DNA from: Amphiscolops sp. MND2022
Taxonomy: Eukaryota
Assembly (NCBI GenBank): GCA_964187785.1
Contig: OZ076412.1
Location: 37,324,001-37,388,000, forward strand
Direction of reading: 5' to 3'
Length of the DNA stretch: 64,000 nt
The position numbers and the translations under genes were made by a program. Below the pieces are notes generated by a model that was not told where the DNA came from, did no database searches, and saw only the letters and a list, made by a program, of their open reading frames with translations. This document shows positions 39,388 through 51,964 of this stretch, piece by piece (the stretch's first letter is position 1; each line of letters opens with the position of its first letter).

Positions 39388-39577
39388 TGAAGTAATTCTA
39401 AGGTAGGCTTGAGAAAAGAAGTTAAGATCAACGTTTATACTAGCCGAAAGTTTACTGTAATGATATCAGCTTTAGATTAAGGGTTAAATAGTTGTTGGTA
39501 AACAATAATGATAATAAGTTCAAACTAAAAATAGCAACGGTAATTGATATAAAGTTGTTTGTCAACAGTCTACTACA
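39388..39577 (-). repeat. Mag-like element 5' LTR
   Basis: PBS immediately inside; followed by TSD GGTCC. Confidence 0.95.
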
Positions 39578-39802
39578 GGTCCAGAAAGTTACAAGGCTGT
39601 TGCCAGAATAGCAAAGATTGACCCTCTGGGGCTCGGAATGATTTTTGAAACGGTAAAACTTTTAACCCTAAATGGACGAGAAAATTCCCGGATCCATCCA
39701 AAAATTTGGTTCTTAAACTTTAAACCGCATTATCTCCTGAACTATTCAAGTCCGACAAACGATTTATAGCGCGTTCGAAAAAAGAGAATCATGGCTTTCA
39801 CA

Positions 39803-41800
39803 CTGGCTCCAGACTTTGCGCCAAAACTTTGCACGCCTCGTGTCTCTGACTGCATTTCAGCATGTTCGAAAACATACTAGGGCCACTTTGATCCAATCTT
39901 GATGCCAGTGGGATAAAGTGGTCACAAACAAATCTGGAAAAACTGAAAATCTGGGCTCGTTTTTTTATTTTTTGGTTCCGTTTTCTTGATTTCGGAGACA
40001 CCATGTCAATATTCCGTGAAAAGGCGTGCAATGCTATGTAATATCGTTTTAAAATCTTATTCAAATGTTTTCTTTATCATACGGTCAGCTGGTGCGTTTA
40101 GAAGTTTGCAGAAATTAACTCGTACGAAATTGTACAAATGGTCCATGGAGGGTTAAATCTTTTTCGACACGGAATATTTTTGTTTCCCCTAAGATTGGCT
40201 CGCGAGATGAAAATATTTCAGAAAAATTCCAAGATTAAGTCTATCAAATTTCAAGTAAACCTTCTGTTGATTTTTGCAAAACAAGTGCAAAGTAGAGAAG
40301 ACTAGGAGACACTGACATTTTAGACTCAATCCTTCACGTGATTTCTGTCAATCTCAACGAATCAGTGAAAATTGACAAGCTGGAAAAGAAATATTGAATA
40401 GCACCGTCTGTTGCAGTCGTGAACATCAAGAAGGTTATCAACGAAAAGATATTGAAAATTTTATCAACATTCTAGTTTACCCAGAAATTTAGAATAAGTG
40501 GCGCAGTGGCATTTCTGTATTTTTGTATCCTTGTACAAGTATTTTTAAGCTTTTAGAATTAAACGGGACAACTTGATGAAGCATTGACAAAAAGCAGGCA
40601 AAAAATAAAGGTTTTATCGGCAAAATAGCGCCTGTTTCCTCAAGCAGCAAACCATTCGAAGACGGGTTGAGAATTAGCATAACGAAGTCAACTAACGCAG
40701 ACACTTGAAGAACTCGCTGTCTTATCAGGCGAAAGTGTCAAACTATACCGTCATGTTTTATTTTTGATATTTCATCGTCATTCAAGTTTGTGGGAAGCTG
40801 GCTCCAGACTTTGCGCCAAAACTTTGCACGCCTCGTGTCTCTGACTGCATTTCAGCATGTTCGAAAACATGCTAGGGCCACTTTGATCCAATCTTGATGC
40901 CAGTGGGATAAAGTGGTCACAAACAAAAACTGGAAAAACTGAAAATCTGGGCTCGTTTTTTTTTATTTTTTGGTTCCGTTTTCTTGATTTCGGAGACACC
41001 ATGTCAATATTCCGTGAAAAGGCGTGCAATGCTATGTAATATCGTTTTAAAATCTTATTCAAATGTTTTCTTTATCATACGGTCAGCTGGTGCGTTTAGA
41101 AGTTTGCAGAAATTAACTCGTACGAAATTGTACAAATGGTCCATGGAGGGTTAAATCTTTTTCGACACGGAATATTTTCGTTTCCCCTAAGATTGGCTCG
41201 CGAGATGAAAATATTTCAGAAAAATTCCAAGATTAAGTCTATCAAATTTCAAGTAAACCTTCTTTTGATTTTTGCAAAACAAGTGCAAAGTAGAGAAGAC
41301 TAGGAGACACTGACATTTTAGACTCAATCCTTCACGTGATTTCTGTCAATCTCAACGAATCAGTGAAAATTGACAAGCTGGAAAAGAAATATTGAATAGC
41401 ACCGTCTGTTGCAGCCGGGAACATCAAGAAGGTTATCAACGAAAAGATATTGAAAATTTTATCAACATTCTAGTTTACCCAGAAATTAAGAATAAGTGGC
41501 GCAGTGGCATTTCTGTATTTTTGTATCCTTGTACAAGTATTTTTAAGCTTTTAGAATTAAACGGGACAACTTGATGAAGCATTGACAAAAAGCAGGCAAA
41601 AAATAAAGGTTTTATCGGCAAAATAGCGCCTGTTTCCTCAAGCAGCAAACCATTCGAAGACGGGTTGAGAATTAGCATAACGAAGTCAACTAACGCAGAC
41701 ACTTGAAGAACTCGCTGTCTTATCAGGCGAAAGTGTCAAACTATACCGTCATGTTTTATTTTTGATATTTCATCGTCATTCAAGTTTGTGGGAAGCTCCA
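39803..41800. repeat. Tandem duplication of a ~995-bp unit
   Basis: 39803-40797 repeats at 40798-41800; GCTCCA is shared at the junction. Confidence 0.9.
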
Positions 41801-42790
41801 TTGTTCGAAATCCATTGCGGTAACAAAAATGTCAATTCTTTGGGGTCTCAACTTTTCGAAAGCATAATTATGTTTATATGACCAGATTGCATATATTCTA
41901 CTAGCCCCGCCGTAAAAAGACAAAACTAAGCTTAAGCCTTTAAGTTACAGGTATCAATTTCTTGTTAATCTAACTTTAACTTCAACAGTAATGAAATCGT
42001 GGGCGAATTTTAAGACGTCAGTCGCTTCCACTTGAGGTTAAATACTAAAATCCCAAACATATCGTGCTTCTCCAAAAGAGAACTTCAGGTCAAAAAACTT
42101 CAAAATTCAAGCGCTCCTTACTGAGTTTCTCCGAAAAATTTGTTCCTTTGCTCAGGTGTTTCTCATGTACGTCAGGTATCTTTCTTCTACTTGCAAGGTT
42201 CATGTATTCGAAACATGTTCGGCGACTTCTGAGCTAAGTTTCACGAATGTTGAATAATTCTTGTGAATTTCAAAATCTATTACCATCAGTTAAATTTGTT
42301 TTATGACAGTCTCATTTCAAGGAAAAGTCCCGCATTTTTCATTCAATTATAAAGAACTTTCTGAATTTCTCAAATTTCGTAGGAAAAACTCTAGTTCGCA
42401 AAAAAAACTTAAAATACGTAGTAGTTAACCTTTATGATGCTTTCATGAGCATGATCAGAAGTCAGTTAAAGTCAACTTCAACTGGACACCATATGTGCGC
42501 TATATTACGGTATATCCGGAAAATTTTAGGCTGAATGCGTTTTATCAGAAGTAATTCATTTGAAAAAAATACTGGTGAAATCGAGAACGTTTCGAAAAAA
42601 GTCGCACAGTACCGAAAAAAGTGGGTAATTGTCGTCTTGTCTAGCTCTGCAAACGTGAAAAAAATGTAATATGCGTTTCACTTCTACTCCGCAATTGCAT
42701 GAAACAGTAAAGAATTCATAAAATAACAAATTTGGATATAACGGCAAAATATTATTGCCAAACATACCATCGATTCATATTTTTTCCTAC

Positions 42791-45700
42791 AATTTTTTCT
42801 TCATATCAGCGATGTCCTGATCTTCTTGAATATTTTGAATTTTTGCATCTGGTTTTTCAATATTTAGATTGATTCCTAGGTGTTTCATCCAATCTAATCC
42901 AAGTAATAGGTTTGTTCTTTTTGTGGTGATCAATAGCCCTAGTTTTTTTCTTTTCCCCGTCCATTTCAATGGTTGCCATTGTTTTTCCTTCGAATTTGAT
43001 TTTGTTGTTGTTTACGTCTCTGTATTCCTCATGGAGCGGGTATATTGTTGTAATACCATTGAATTTTTGTTTTGGTATTAAGGTGACCGGTGATCCGCTG
43101 TCTATTATGAATTTGATTGGACGGTTGTTAACGAATACCGTCACAGTAAAGAATGGTTGTCCGTCTTTGGATATTTGTTTTGTTGAGTGGACCGTCTTGT
43201 TTATTGAGTGTATCTTGTTTGGTGTCCAATTGTCTTCTTCTGCGCTGGTAGTAGCTTCGGAGTCCTGTTGAATATGTTTTATTCTTCGGTCCGAATATTG
43301 TTTCGATCGGCATGGCCTTGCGTAATGGCCGATTTTTCCGCAACTTAGACCCTTTTTTGTCTTTGCTGGGCAGTCATGTGATTTGTTCCAGTTCGGTGCC
43401 CCGCATCTGATACAGCCTACTTTTCTGAATTTGTTTTGTTTCTTTTTCTGGTTTTTGGTAGGTTCTTTTTCTATCCACGTGCTTGATTTTTGTTTCTTTT
43501 TCGGAATCTTTCGATTCATTCATTTTTTCGTACATGTATTCGTGGATTGTGTGGTAATTGCTTCCACCGACATGTCCCCTTTCTTTATTTTCTTTTTCAG
43601 GTCGTTATCGCCTGTCGTTTTTCCAATAACGGATAGAAATTTTGATGCGAGCAATTCAGCTGCCGTTATTTCTTCGAATTCGCAATTCTTCTCTATTTCT
43701 AGAATGCGTTTCCACGTTTCCGCAGCTGATTCTCCTAGTTCTCGTTTTAGATTGAAAAAATCTGCTCTGTTGTGGTGTTTGTTCCTCTCGGGAATGAAAT
43801 GGAGTCTGAAGAGTGTGTAAAGTCGGTATAATGGTAGGGAATTTGGTTCCCTTTCTCTTACTGTCTTTGTCATTTCCGTGATCGCTGATTGGCCAATCGC
43901 CCATATGAATACATCTTTGATTTCTTCCTCCAACTGCACTCTGAATTGTGGCAGTAACTCTTTGGAGTTGGTCATTTTCGATAAGTCGATTTCACGGGTC
44001 ATCTTGATGTATTGGACGAACTTTCTCCACCATAGTTTTGCACTGGTGTGGTCATTCTTATCGAGGATCGGAATGGGTAGCTTTTGTGTAGCTGTCCGTT
44101 TTACCGATCTCGTCGTTGTATTGTTTGGAAGGGATTGGCTGTTACTCTGTCCCGTTATGTTGCCTTCTTCGTCTTCCATTGCAATTCTTTAAATTGTTGA
44201 CTGCGCCATGAAGTAGTTCTAAGGTAGGCTTGAGAAAAGAAGTTAAGATCAACGTTTACACTAGCCGAAAGTTTACTGTAATGATATCAGCTTTAGATTA
44301 AGGGTTAAATAGTTGTTGGTAAACACTAATGATAATAAGTTCAAACTAAAAATAGCAACGGTAATTGATATAAAGTTGTTTGTCAACAGTCTACTACAGG
44401 TCCAGAAAGTTACAAGGCTGTTGCCAGAATAGCAAAGATTGACCCTCTGGGGCTCGGAATGATTTTTGAAACGGTAAAACTTTTAACCCTGAATGGACCA
44501 GAAAATTTCCGGATCCATCCAAAAATTTGATGCTTAAACTTTAAACCGCATTATCTCCTGAACTATTCAAGTCCGACAAACGATTTATAGCGCGTTCGAA
44601 AAAAGAGAATCAGGGCTTTCACACTGGCTCCAGACTTTGCGCCAAATATTTGCACGCCTCGTGTCTCTGACTGCATTTCAGCATGTTTGTAAACATGCTA
44701 GGGCCACTTTGACCCAATCTTGATACCAGTGGGATAAAGTGGCCACAAACAAAAACTGGAAAAACTGAAAATCTGGGCTCGTTTTTTTATTTTTTGGTTC
44801 CGTTTTCTTGATTTCGGAGACACCATGTCAATATTCCGTGAAAAGGCGTGCAATGCTATGTAATATCGTTTTAAAATCTTATTCAAATGTTTTCTTTATC
44901 ATACGGTCAGCTGGTGCGTTTAGAAGTTTGCAGAAATTAACTCGTACGAAATCGTACAATTGGTCCATGTAGGGTTAAATCTTTTTCGATACGGAACAAT
45001 TTCGTTTCCCCTAACATTGGCTCGCGAGATGAAAATATTTCAGAAAAATTCCAAGATTAAGTCTATCAAATTTCAAGTAAACCTTCTTTTGATTTTTGCA
45101 AAACAAGTGCAAAGTAGAGAAGACTAGGAGACACTGACATTTTAGACTCAATCCTTCACGTGATTTCTGTCAATCTCAACGAATCAGTGAAAATTGACAA
45201 GCTGGAAAAGAAATATTGAATAGCACCGTCTGTTGCAGCCGGGAACATCAAGAAGGTTATCAACGAAAAGATATTGAAAATTTTATCAACATTCTAGTTT
45301 ACCCAGAAATTAAGAATAAGTGGCGCAGTGGCATTTCTGTATTTTTGTATCCTTGTACAAGTATTTTTAAGCTTTTAGAATTAAACGGGACAACTTGATG
45401 AAGCATTGACAAAGAGCAGGCAAAAAAATAAAGGTTTTATCGGCAAAATAGCGCCTGTTTCCTCAAGCAGCAAACCATTCGAAGACGGGTTGAGAATTAG
45501 CATAACGAAGTCAACTAACGCAGACACTTGAAGAACTCGCTGTCTTATCAGGCGAAAGTGTCAAACTATACCGTCATGTTTTATTTTTGATATTTCATCG
45601 TCATTTTTTGTATTCAAGTTTGTGGGAAGCTCCATTGTTCGAAATCCATTGCGGTAACAAAAATGTCAATTCTTTGGGGTCTCAACTTTTCGAAAGCATA

Positions 45701-46625
45701 ATTATGTTTATATGACCAGATTGCATATATTCTACTAGCCCCGCCGTAAAAAGACAAAATTAAGCTTAAGCCTTTAAGTTACAGGTATCAATTCCTTGTT
45801 AATCTAACTTTAATTTCAACAGTAATGAAATCGTGGGCGAATTTTAAGACGTCAGTCGCTTCTACTTGAGGTTAAATACTAAAATCCCAAACATATCGTG
45901 CTTCTCCAAAAGAGAACTTCAGGTCAAAAAACTTCAAAATTCAAGCGCTCCTAACTGAGTTTCTCCGAAAAATTTGTTCCTTTGCTCAGGTGTTTCTCAT
46001 GTACGTCAGGTATCTTTCTTCTACTTGCAAGGTTCATGTATTCGAAACATGTTCGGCGACTTCTGAGCTAAGTTTCACGAATGTTGAATAATTCTAGTGA
46101 ATTTCAAAATCTATACCCATCATTTAAATTTGTTTCATGACAGTCTCATTTCAAGGAAAATTCCCGCATTTTTCATTCAATTTTAAAGAACTTTCTGAAT
46201 TTCTCAAATTTCGTAGGAAAAAACTCTAGTTCGCAAAAAAACTTAAAATACGTAGTTAACCTTTATGATGCTTTCATGAGCATGATCAGAAGTCAGTTAA
46301 AGTCAACTTCAACTGGACACCATATGTGCGCTATATTACGGTATATCCGGAAAATTTTAGGCTGAATGCGTTTTATCAGAAGTAATTCATTTGAAAAAAA
46401 ACTGGTGAAATCGAGAACGTTTCGAAAAAAGTCGCACAGTACCGAAAAAAGTGGGTAATTGTCGTCTTGTCTAGCTCTGCAAACAACGTGAAAAAAATGT
46501 AATATGCGTTTCACTTCTACTCCGCGATTGCAGGAAACAGTAAAAAAATTCATTAAATAAAAAATTTGGATATAACGGCAAAATATTATCGCCAAACATA
46601 CCATCGATTCATATTTTTTCTTTAC
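42791..46625. repeat. Tandem segmental duplicate (3.8 kb) of 37970-42790: gag/protease, LTR and flanking DNA
   Basis: Offset 4821 bp at the start; third LTR copy at 44209-44398 also followed by GGTCC; scattered substitutions and small indels between copies. Confidence 0.92.
42857..44179 (-). pseudogene. gag: Duplicated Mag-like gag/protease with an additional frameshift
   Basis: ORFs 43520-44179 and 42857-43519 reproduce the 440-aa ORF in two pieces. Confidence 0.9.
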
Positions 46626-47676
46626 AAATTAAGGTATCGGATTGTAACTAGTTCCTGGATCATCATATTAGTTCACATTTTCCACTTTTTGTCGACGCTT
46701 CTTTAAAAAGTGCACGGCTCTTACAGCGGCAAGTTTTTTTCAGTTTCACCGTGAAACGTCGTTCTAAAAATTTGGAATGGGTCAAAAACCAAGTGACCCA
46801 GCAGTTAACGCGAATTTTCAAACCTTAAGCTTTTCGAGGTTTTCTGTTTAGGAAAACAGTTTTCCCCGTCTTACGGGTGACATCTTTAGTTATTTCTAGA
46901 TCATGTGGAACTGATGAGAGTTGTCTCAATACCTGTGGAAAAGACCTACGGTTTTTAGGCTGTGCGAGATTTTGAAAAAAAAATAATTTTGTTAAATAGT
47001 ACTTCCTTATTTTTTTAAAAAATGTTTTTATTTTGGAAAAAGCGTTTTACGAACTTCGAGGGTCTCCTTTGCGTTTTTCGGCACTGAGACTTTTTCATGG
47101 GTTTTTTGATGTTTCGAGTATTTTTTGGCGCAGTAAATTTGATGAATTTTTTCACAAGTGCCCCTTCGCATACTCAAAACACATTGTTTTCAGCCTTGGG
47201 TGGGCGCCGACTTAGGCCGTTCCCGGCTTGTTCTTCAATTCCAGGGAAAAAAGACGAAAAGGTTCTGATGTACCTGAATAGTAACAACAACAATGATGTT
47301 CGTGAAGAAAATCCGAAAACCTTCGAAGTCGGAGTTTCGATAAGTTAAACTTCGTGAGAAACATTAGTTCCAACAAAAAACTATTTTGGAGTTGGAAAAA
47401 ACCCAAGAGCTACGATTAACAATATAATAACTATTTGCGCAAACAATATTTTAAGTTGCAGTTTCTTGTGAGTCATTGTTTTGTTTCATTTGAAGTTCTT
47501 TTATCAAAACCCTTTCATGTGCACTGCTGTGTACTTCTGCAGAATAAAAATAATCATACAAACATTCATTCAATGTCAAATATAAAAATTTATCGGCAAA
47601 AAGATGATATAAAATCTATTCAGTGTTATAATTCAATGGAATATTTCATACTAAATCAACTAATATTAAATTTCTA

Positions 47677-50100
47677 TCAAATCAGAAGCGTCACGAAGTA
47701 AGACATGAAAACACAGATGTAAGATAGTTTGAGCGAAGTTGAAAAACTGTAATAAATCCAAACGATTCGAGAATAAGAGGTTTCCACCTCTACTTGATCA
47801 TTTAAGTCTTGGTTCGAAGGCAGAGGCGAAGAGACAACTTCCTTGGAATCTGAGTGACCATCTTCTAGGAATTTCAGAAAAATCGGATTCTTCATCAAAG
47901 GCGGTATATCACTCGAATCCACAGGTGCTGTAAACGTTAAGGCGTCTGTCACTAATGAAATGACCTCTGTGTTTTTAAGAGAGCCACCAATGACCTTTTT
48001 GAAAATCTCGGCCTGCGCAGGTGTCAAAACGTCGACCTTTTGGATCGTAACAATTTGGTCCATGTCTAGTTTTTGGAACACGTTGTCGGGAATGGAAGCG
48101 ATGACATCCTCTGAAAGGTCACCCAAAGCGTCCATAGCCAATAAGATGTTGGGATGAGTCATGAGAGTGATATCAGCGGCTTCACCGGCAGTTTTGGATT
48201 TGAGGGCGGCGGAATGGAACTGAAAGAAACTGGAGCTGACTGAATTTAGAGTGTTGCCTGACTTAGGGGGGCAATCAAGGTGATCGAATACCCCATCTGA
48301 TGTTAGAATTCCAGCACGCAAGTAGAGAATTGCGGATGGAGCAATACCACAAAGAAAGCGGCCCATAGTCTTGACATGCAAAACGGACAACTTGTCGACT
48401 GAGAGTTTATTCGTATGCAAGAAATGGTTGAAACCATTTGCAAGGTGATCGTGAGTCCATCCCGGAACTAATGACAACTTGTTCACAACTAATGAGTTAG
48501 AAAAGTCCAGGCTACTCATGTTTGAGGGGTGCAGAAACTGCGGAAGAAGCCACGATATGCGCAAAAGTTCTTCTGGACTGTGATTCCGGAGACTTTTAGA
48601 ACTGAACAACTTAGTTTTGATGGCTTTTATTGTCTCAGGCAAAAGTACATTAGCATTTTCCGCCAAGTACTCCACGTTCCGCCAAAATTGACAGTGCGCC
48701 ATAGAGTATATATCTGATGCATAAATAGAAGTTACTGGTAACAGTCGAAGAAAGTGGAACTTCTCAGGGCCATTTTCACATTCACTGGATTCGAACTCTT
48801 CCGTTACTAGTTTTGACAAAGCTATAGCACGAATTTCAGAAACGCAGCTCCCATTAGAGCTAGAGTCGCCAAAGCTTCGGCCTTTTTCAAGTTCTAGAGC
48901 CAAAATGTGCCAAAGATATGTTCTGTCGTATCGAATTTTGGACTCAATTAGATAATTGGATATATTGTTCGTTCTGTAAAGTACGCAGAAAGAGTTCCGC
49001 AACGACGAAAACTGATCGGACGTCAAAGATGCAATCGATGGAAGTTTAGGTCCAAGAGCATTGCCTTGCGCTTCATCGAAGGTGCACTCTTGAATAAAGT
49101 CCAAATTTTGCAACAGAACTGACGGAGAAACAATCTTGAGAACTTCGGCGGGCAAATAACAGAACAAGTTGCCCATTATTGCCACATCATCGTTGTTTAC
49201 GTCACACTCATGTGCTTGCTGGCACCCTTTGCATTGTATCAAATATAATTCTGCGAGAATTCGATTAGACTCGGTCGAGTATCTTCTAGGATCAGTCTGT
49301 CCAATTTTCATGAACACATCTCGGCATTTAGAGTCACTGTCAAAACCGGTCAATTCATGAAACTGTAATTCTCGAAAAACCTCACCGTTCAAAGAAATTA
49401 TGTGGAGATCCGAAAGCTTAGTCACCATGAATTGCTCATTGTGCAAGGTCCACCACACGTCCCTGAGCTTCGAAACAATGACTTGCATCATTTTTCTGTC
49501 GGCCATTTTTTCTGTCTGGTCGAGATACACTGCAATCGCATCAAAGAAGTAAAATGGATTCAAATTACGAATATCGGAGGGCGCGAACCCGCGCACCAAT
49601 TTCTTCAGAGAATGAGCAATCTGACCGGTGACAGGTACGCCACCGAGGAATTTTCTAAACTGTGTGTAGACAATGCGAGACATGACCAACGATAGGTCGA
49701 GGTCTATGATGTTATGGGAGCTTCCAGTTTTGATGAAACCCTGGATTTCGTTGAAATGTAGATCAAACTGCTTCAAATCTGAGTTCTGCAAAGTGTCTGA
49801 CAAAGCTTCCATCGATTGCAAAAGATTTGAACCGTACTCAACCAGCTTTGCATGCGGGCACGTTTCTAGAACCAATAACTTGTGGGCCGCAGTCAAAGTT
49901 TTTGAGATTGAGTTGATAACATTCAGTTTGGCACAGATAGAAGATTCGAACTCTATCTTGTCAGGCGACAAATATCCAATGAAGTTTGACAACTCTTCTA
50001 ATTGGTTCTCCTTGATGAGAATTTTTTTCTTGTACGGTGTGATATCTTTCAGCAGAAATCTACCCATCAAAGCTTGCTGACTCGCTGTCAAATGATTCAC
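47677..50100 (-). CDS. Terminal exon (807 codons) of a mesothelin/otoancorin/stereocilin-like surface protein
   Basis: Acceptor TTTTATCGTTGCAG ends at 50101, in frame; recurring MGxxLCxL motifs (MGNLFCYLP, MGRFLCGI), Leu-rich helical composition, hydrophobic C-terminal tail (GPI-signal-like). Family call is from pattern recognition only. Confidence 0.6.
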   Translation of the reverse strand: MNHLTASQQALMGRFLLKDITPYKKKILIKENQLEELSNFIGYLSPDKIEFESSICAKLNVINSISKTLTAAHKLLVLETCPHAKLVEYGSNLLQSMEALSDTLQNSDLKQFDLHFNEIQGFIKTGSSHNIIDLDLSLVMSRIVYTQFRKFLGGVPVTGQIAHSLKKLVRGFAPSDIRNLNPFYFFDAIAVYLDQTEKMADRKMMQVIVSKLRDVWWTLHNEQFMVTKLSDLHIISLNGEVFRELQFHELTGFDSDSKCRDVFMKIGQTDPRRYSTESNRILAELYLIQCKGCQQAHECDVNNDDVAIMGNLFCYLPAEVLKIVSPSVLLQNLDFIQECTFDEAQGNALGPKLPSIASLTSDQFSSLRNSFCVLYRTNNISNYLIESKIRYDRTYLWHILALELEKGRSFGDSSSNGSCVSEIRAIALSKLVTEEFESSECENGPEKFHFLRLLPVTSIYASDIYSMAHCQFWRNVEYLAENANVLLPETIKAIKTKLFSSKSLRNHSPEELLRISWLLPQFLHPSNMSSLDFSNSLVVNKLSLVPGWTHDHLANGFNHFLHTNKLSVDKLSVLHVKTMGRFLCGIAPSAILYLRAGILTSDGVFDHLDCPPKSGNTLNSVSSSFFQFHSAALKSKTAGEAADITLMTHPNILLAMDALGDLSEDVIASIPDNVFQKLDMDQIVTIQKVDVLTPAQAEIFKKVIGGSLKNTEVISLVTDALTFTAPVDSSDIPPLMKNPIFLKFLEDGHSDSKEVVSSPLPSNQDLNDQVEVETSYSRIVWIYYSFSTSLKLSYICVFMSYFVTLLI

Positions 50101-50289
50101 CTGCAACGATAAAATGATAATTGACTTTCAAAGCTTTCAGCACATAGAAAAATTCGACATTCTGATCTTTCCAAAGAAAGGATTCACTCATGAAAAAATC
50201 CAGTGATTATTACAACAAGCCGGGAACGGCCCAATTCGGCGCCATATCTAAGGCTCAAAAATAGCAAAAGGACTTCAAAGTGCCAAGAA

Positions 50290-50400
50290 AACGCTATATC
50301 CGAACTTTGAAAACGTTATATCCGAATTTTTAAAACGTTGCATCCGAACTTTGAAAACGTTATATCCGAACTATGAAACGATCCGAACTTTGAAAGCGTT
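50290..50400. repeat. Degenerate ~22-bp minisatellite, about 5 copies
   Basis: AACGTTATATCCGAACTTTGAA repeated. Confidence 0.8.
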
Positions 50401-50518
50401 TGAACAAATGAACAAATTCGTCTTCTGAAAGTTCAAAGAATGGAATTGAAATGACTGCTTTTTCTTAAATTGTTGCAGGAATTACCCACAGTAAAAACCA
50501 GAGCCGGATATGCGGTAC

Positions 50519-50907
50519 AGGAATCGGCTTAGGTCTTTTTCCTTCTGACGCGCTCGAATCCCAGTCATACGAATTTATTGAAATTGCCATAGGACCACAT
50601 TATGGTGTAGAATGACTGTAGAAAATTTCGTTCGAATCGTATGAAGAGTTTCTAAGAAAATCGAAAGAAGTCGAAAAATGGCTGTTTTTTCGCCATTTTT
50701 GGGCTAATTTTGGCTATGTTTCTCACATCACAGCCGTACGATTTTGATGCCTTTGCGCACGCAGGGGCCCCTTTGGGTGTAGAATGACTGTGCAAAATTT
50801 TATGAAAATTGTATGGACAATTATTGGAAATTTTGAAATTTTCATTTGACGGTCGGGAGAAAAAAAACACGATTGCATAAGTAGTCGAAAATTTTTTTCC
50901 TACTCCT
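50519..50907. mobile_element. Second copy of the non-autonomous element at 23069-23620
   Basis: Shares TCGGCTTAGGTCTTTTTCCTTCTGAC... and ...TTTTTCC(G/T)ACTCCTAAAAA ends. Confidence 0.7.
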
Positions 50908-51453
50908 AAAAAATGGACCATTCAGAGTCAACTGAAAAAAACTACCCACTGTAATAGTTAGGCACTTTCCTTAAGAAAAGCGCAGACTAAAAAACAGACA
51001 ACATATGCACAATCAATTTCGGAAACATTTAGGATGTTTATTTATTCACTTTATTCTCTACATAATAAAGACAACACTGATACATAGTGCCCATGGCAGA
51101 TCATGAAAAGGCCTTGCCTTCGTTGGTACCATACCAATAATTTACAACTTCGTACAATTCACGAAAATATTCAGAGTAGTCTCAGGAAAACGCAATTACA
51201 TCGGCAATGGAGATGGCAGAAATTCACGGCGTGTAAAATCGCGACACTTGGTTGAAAAACTGGATTCGCATGATTCCGTGAAAATGCGCGTAGTCGATCA
51301 AAAATAATTTGAAGACAATTTCTTGAACTTTCAGTAAAATGTTCACTCAATGTGAACTTTTTGCCAGTTCTTACACATATGCTGGCCAATGGAAGTCTCT
51401 CAAATTTTTACCCAATGGAATTCAGATTTTGAGTAGTCAATGTGAATAAACTC

Positions 51454-51964
51454 TGTTGTAAACCGGTGTTTTGGTTACTTAGTACTCGCTTTCTAACCTA
51501 AGCAATAAGTCTCAAAAAGTGTTACGAAAAGGAAGATAAATTAAAACTGGAGGTTTACAGTAAGTAGAATTTTGTTAAGTCCTGCAAATCGCTGACTTGT
51601 AAAATTTATAATGTTCTGTCAATTTTGGGACTCTTTGTCCTTTCAATTTTGGGGGATTTCCAGAGAGCAAGAGAGAAGGAAAATTGAGAGAAGAGAAAAG
51701 AGTTGTTGCTTTCTCAGTGTTCCGCGTTGGAATTGGTACCTGTATTTCTCTTTCCAGCTCAGGACAGTTCTACTGTCGCGTGGCTTTTTCCTATTGGCTG
51801 AGCATTAAAGGAATTTGGGAATTCCAATTTCCTTTTAGCGCGTTGCTATTCGCTTAGAAAATAAAATGCTCTAATAATTCCGCTTTGGAAATTATTATGT
51901 CTCTGAGTCAATTTCCTCTGTTGGGAAAATGAACTAAATTAGAAATAGCGCATTGCTATAACTC
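51454..51964 (-). repeat. 3' LTR
   Basis: No difference seen against 63250-63760; the same 65-aa ORF is listed in both copies. Confidence 0.95.

Larger units (their letters stand above)
33694..39577 (-). mobile_element. Ty3/Gypsy (Mag-like) LTR retrotransposon, 5.9 kb, frameshifted
   Basis: 190-bp LTRs (TG..CA) at 33694-33883 and 39388-39577; TSD GGTCC; PBS TGGCGCAGTCAAC (tRNA-Ser-like); PPT AGAAGGGGGAA; PR-RT-RH-IN order. Confidence 0.95.

Noticed and set aside
33694-44398. One 10.7-kb LTR element bounded by GGTCC
   Set aside because: The third LTR and its flank belong to the tandem segmental duplication; the true element ends at 39577
50101-50106. TTG start for the 809-aa ORF
   Set aside because: These bases form the splice acceptor (TTGCAG); the exon starts at 50100
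51611-51808. 65-aa ORF present in both LTRs (also 63407-63604)
   Set aside because: Short, antisense, no motif; duplicated only because the LTRs are identical
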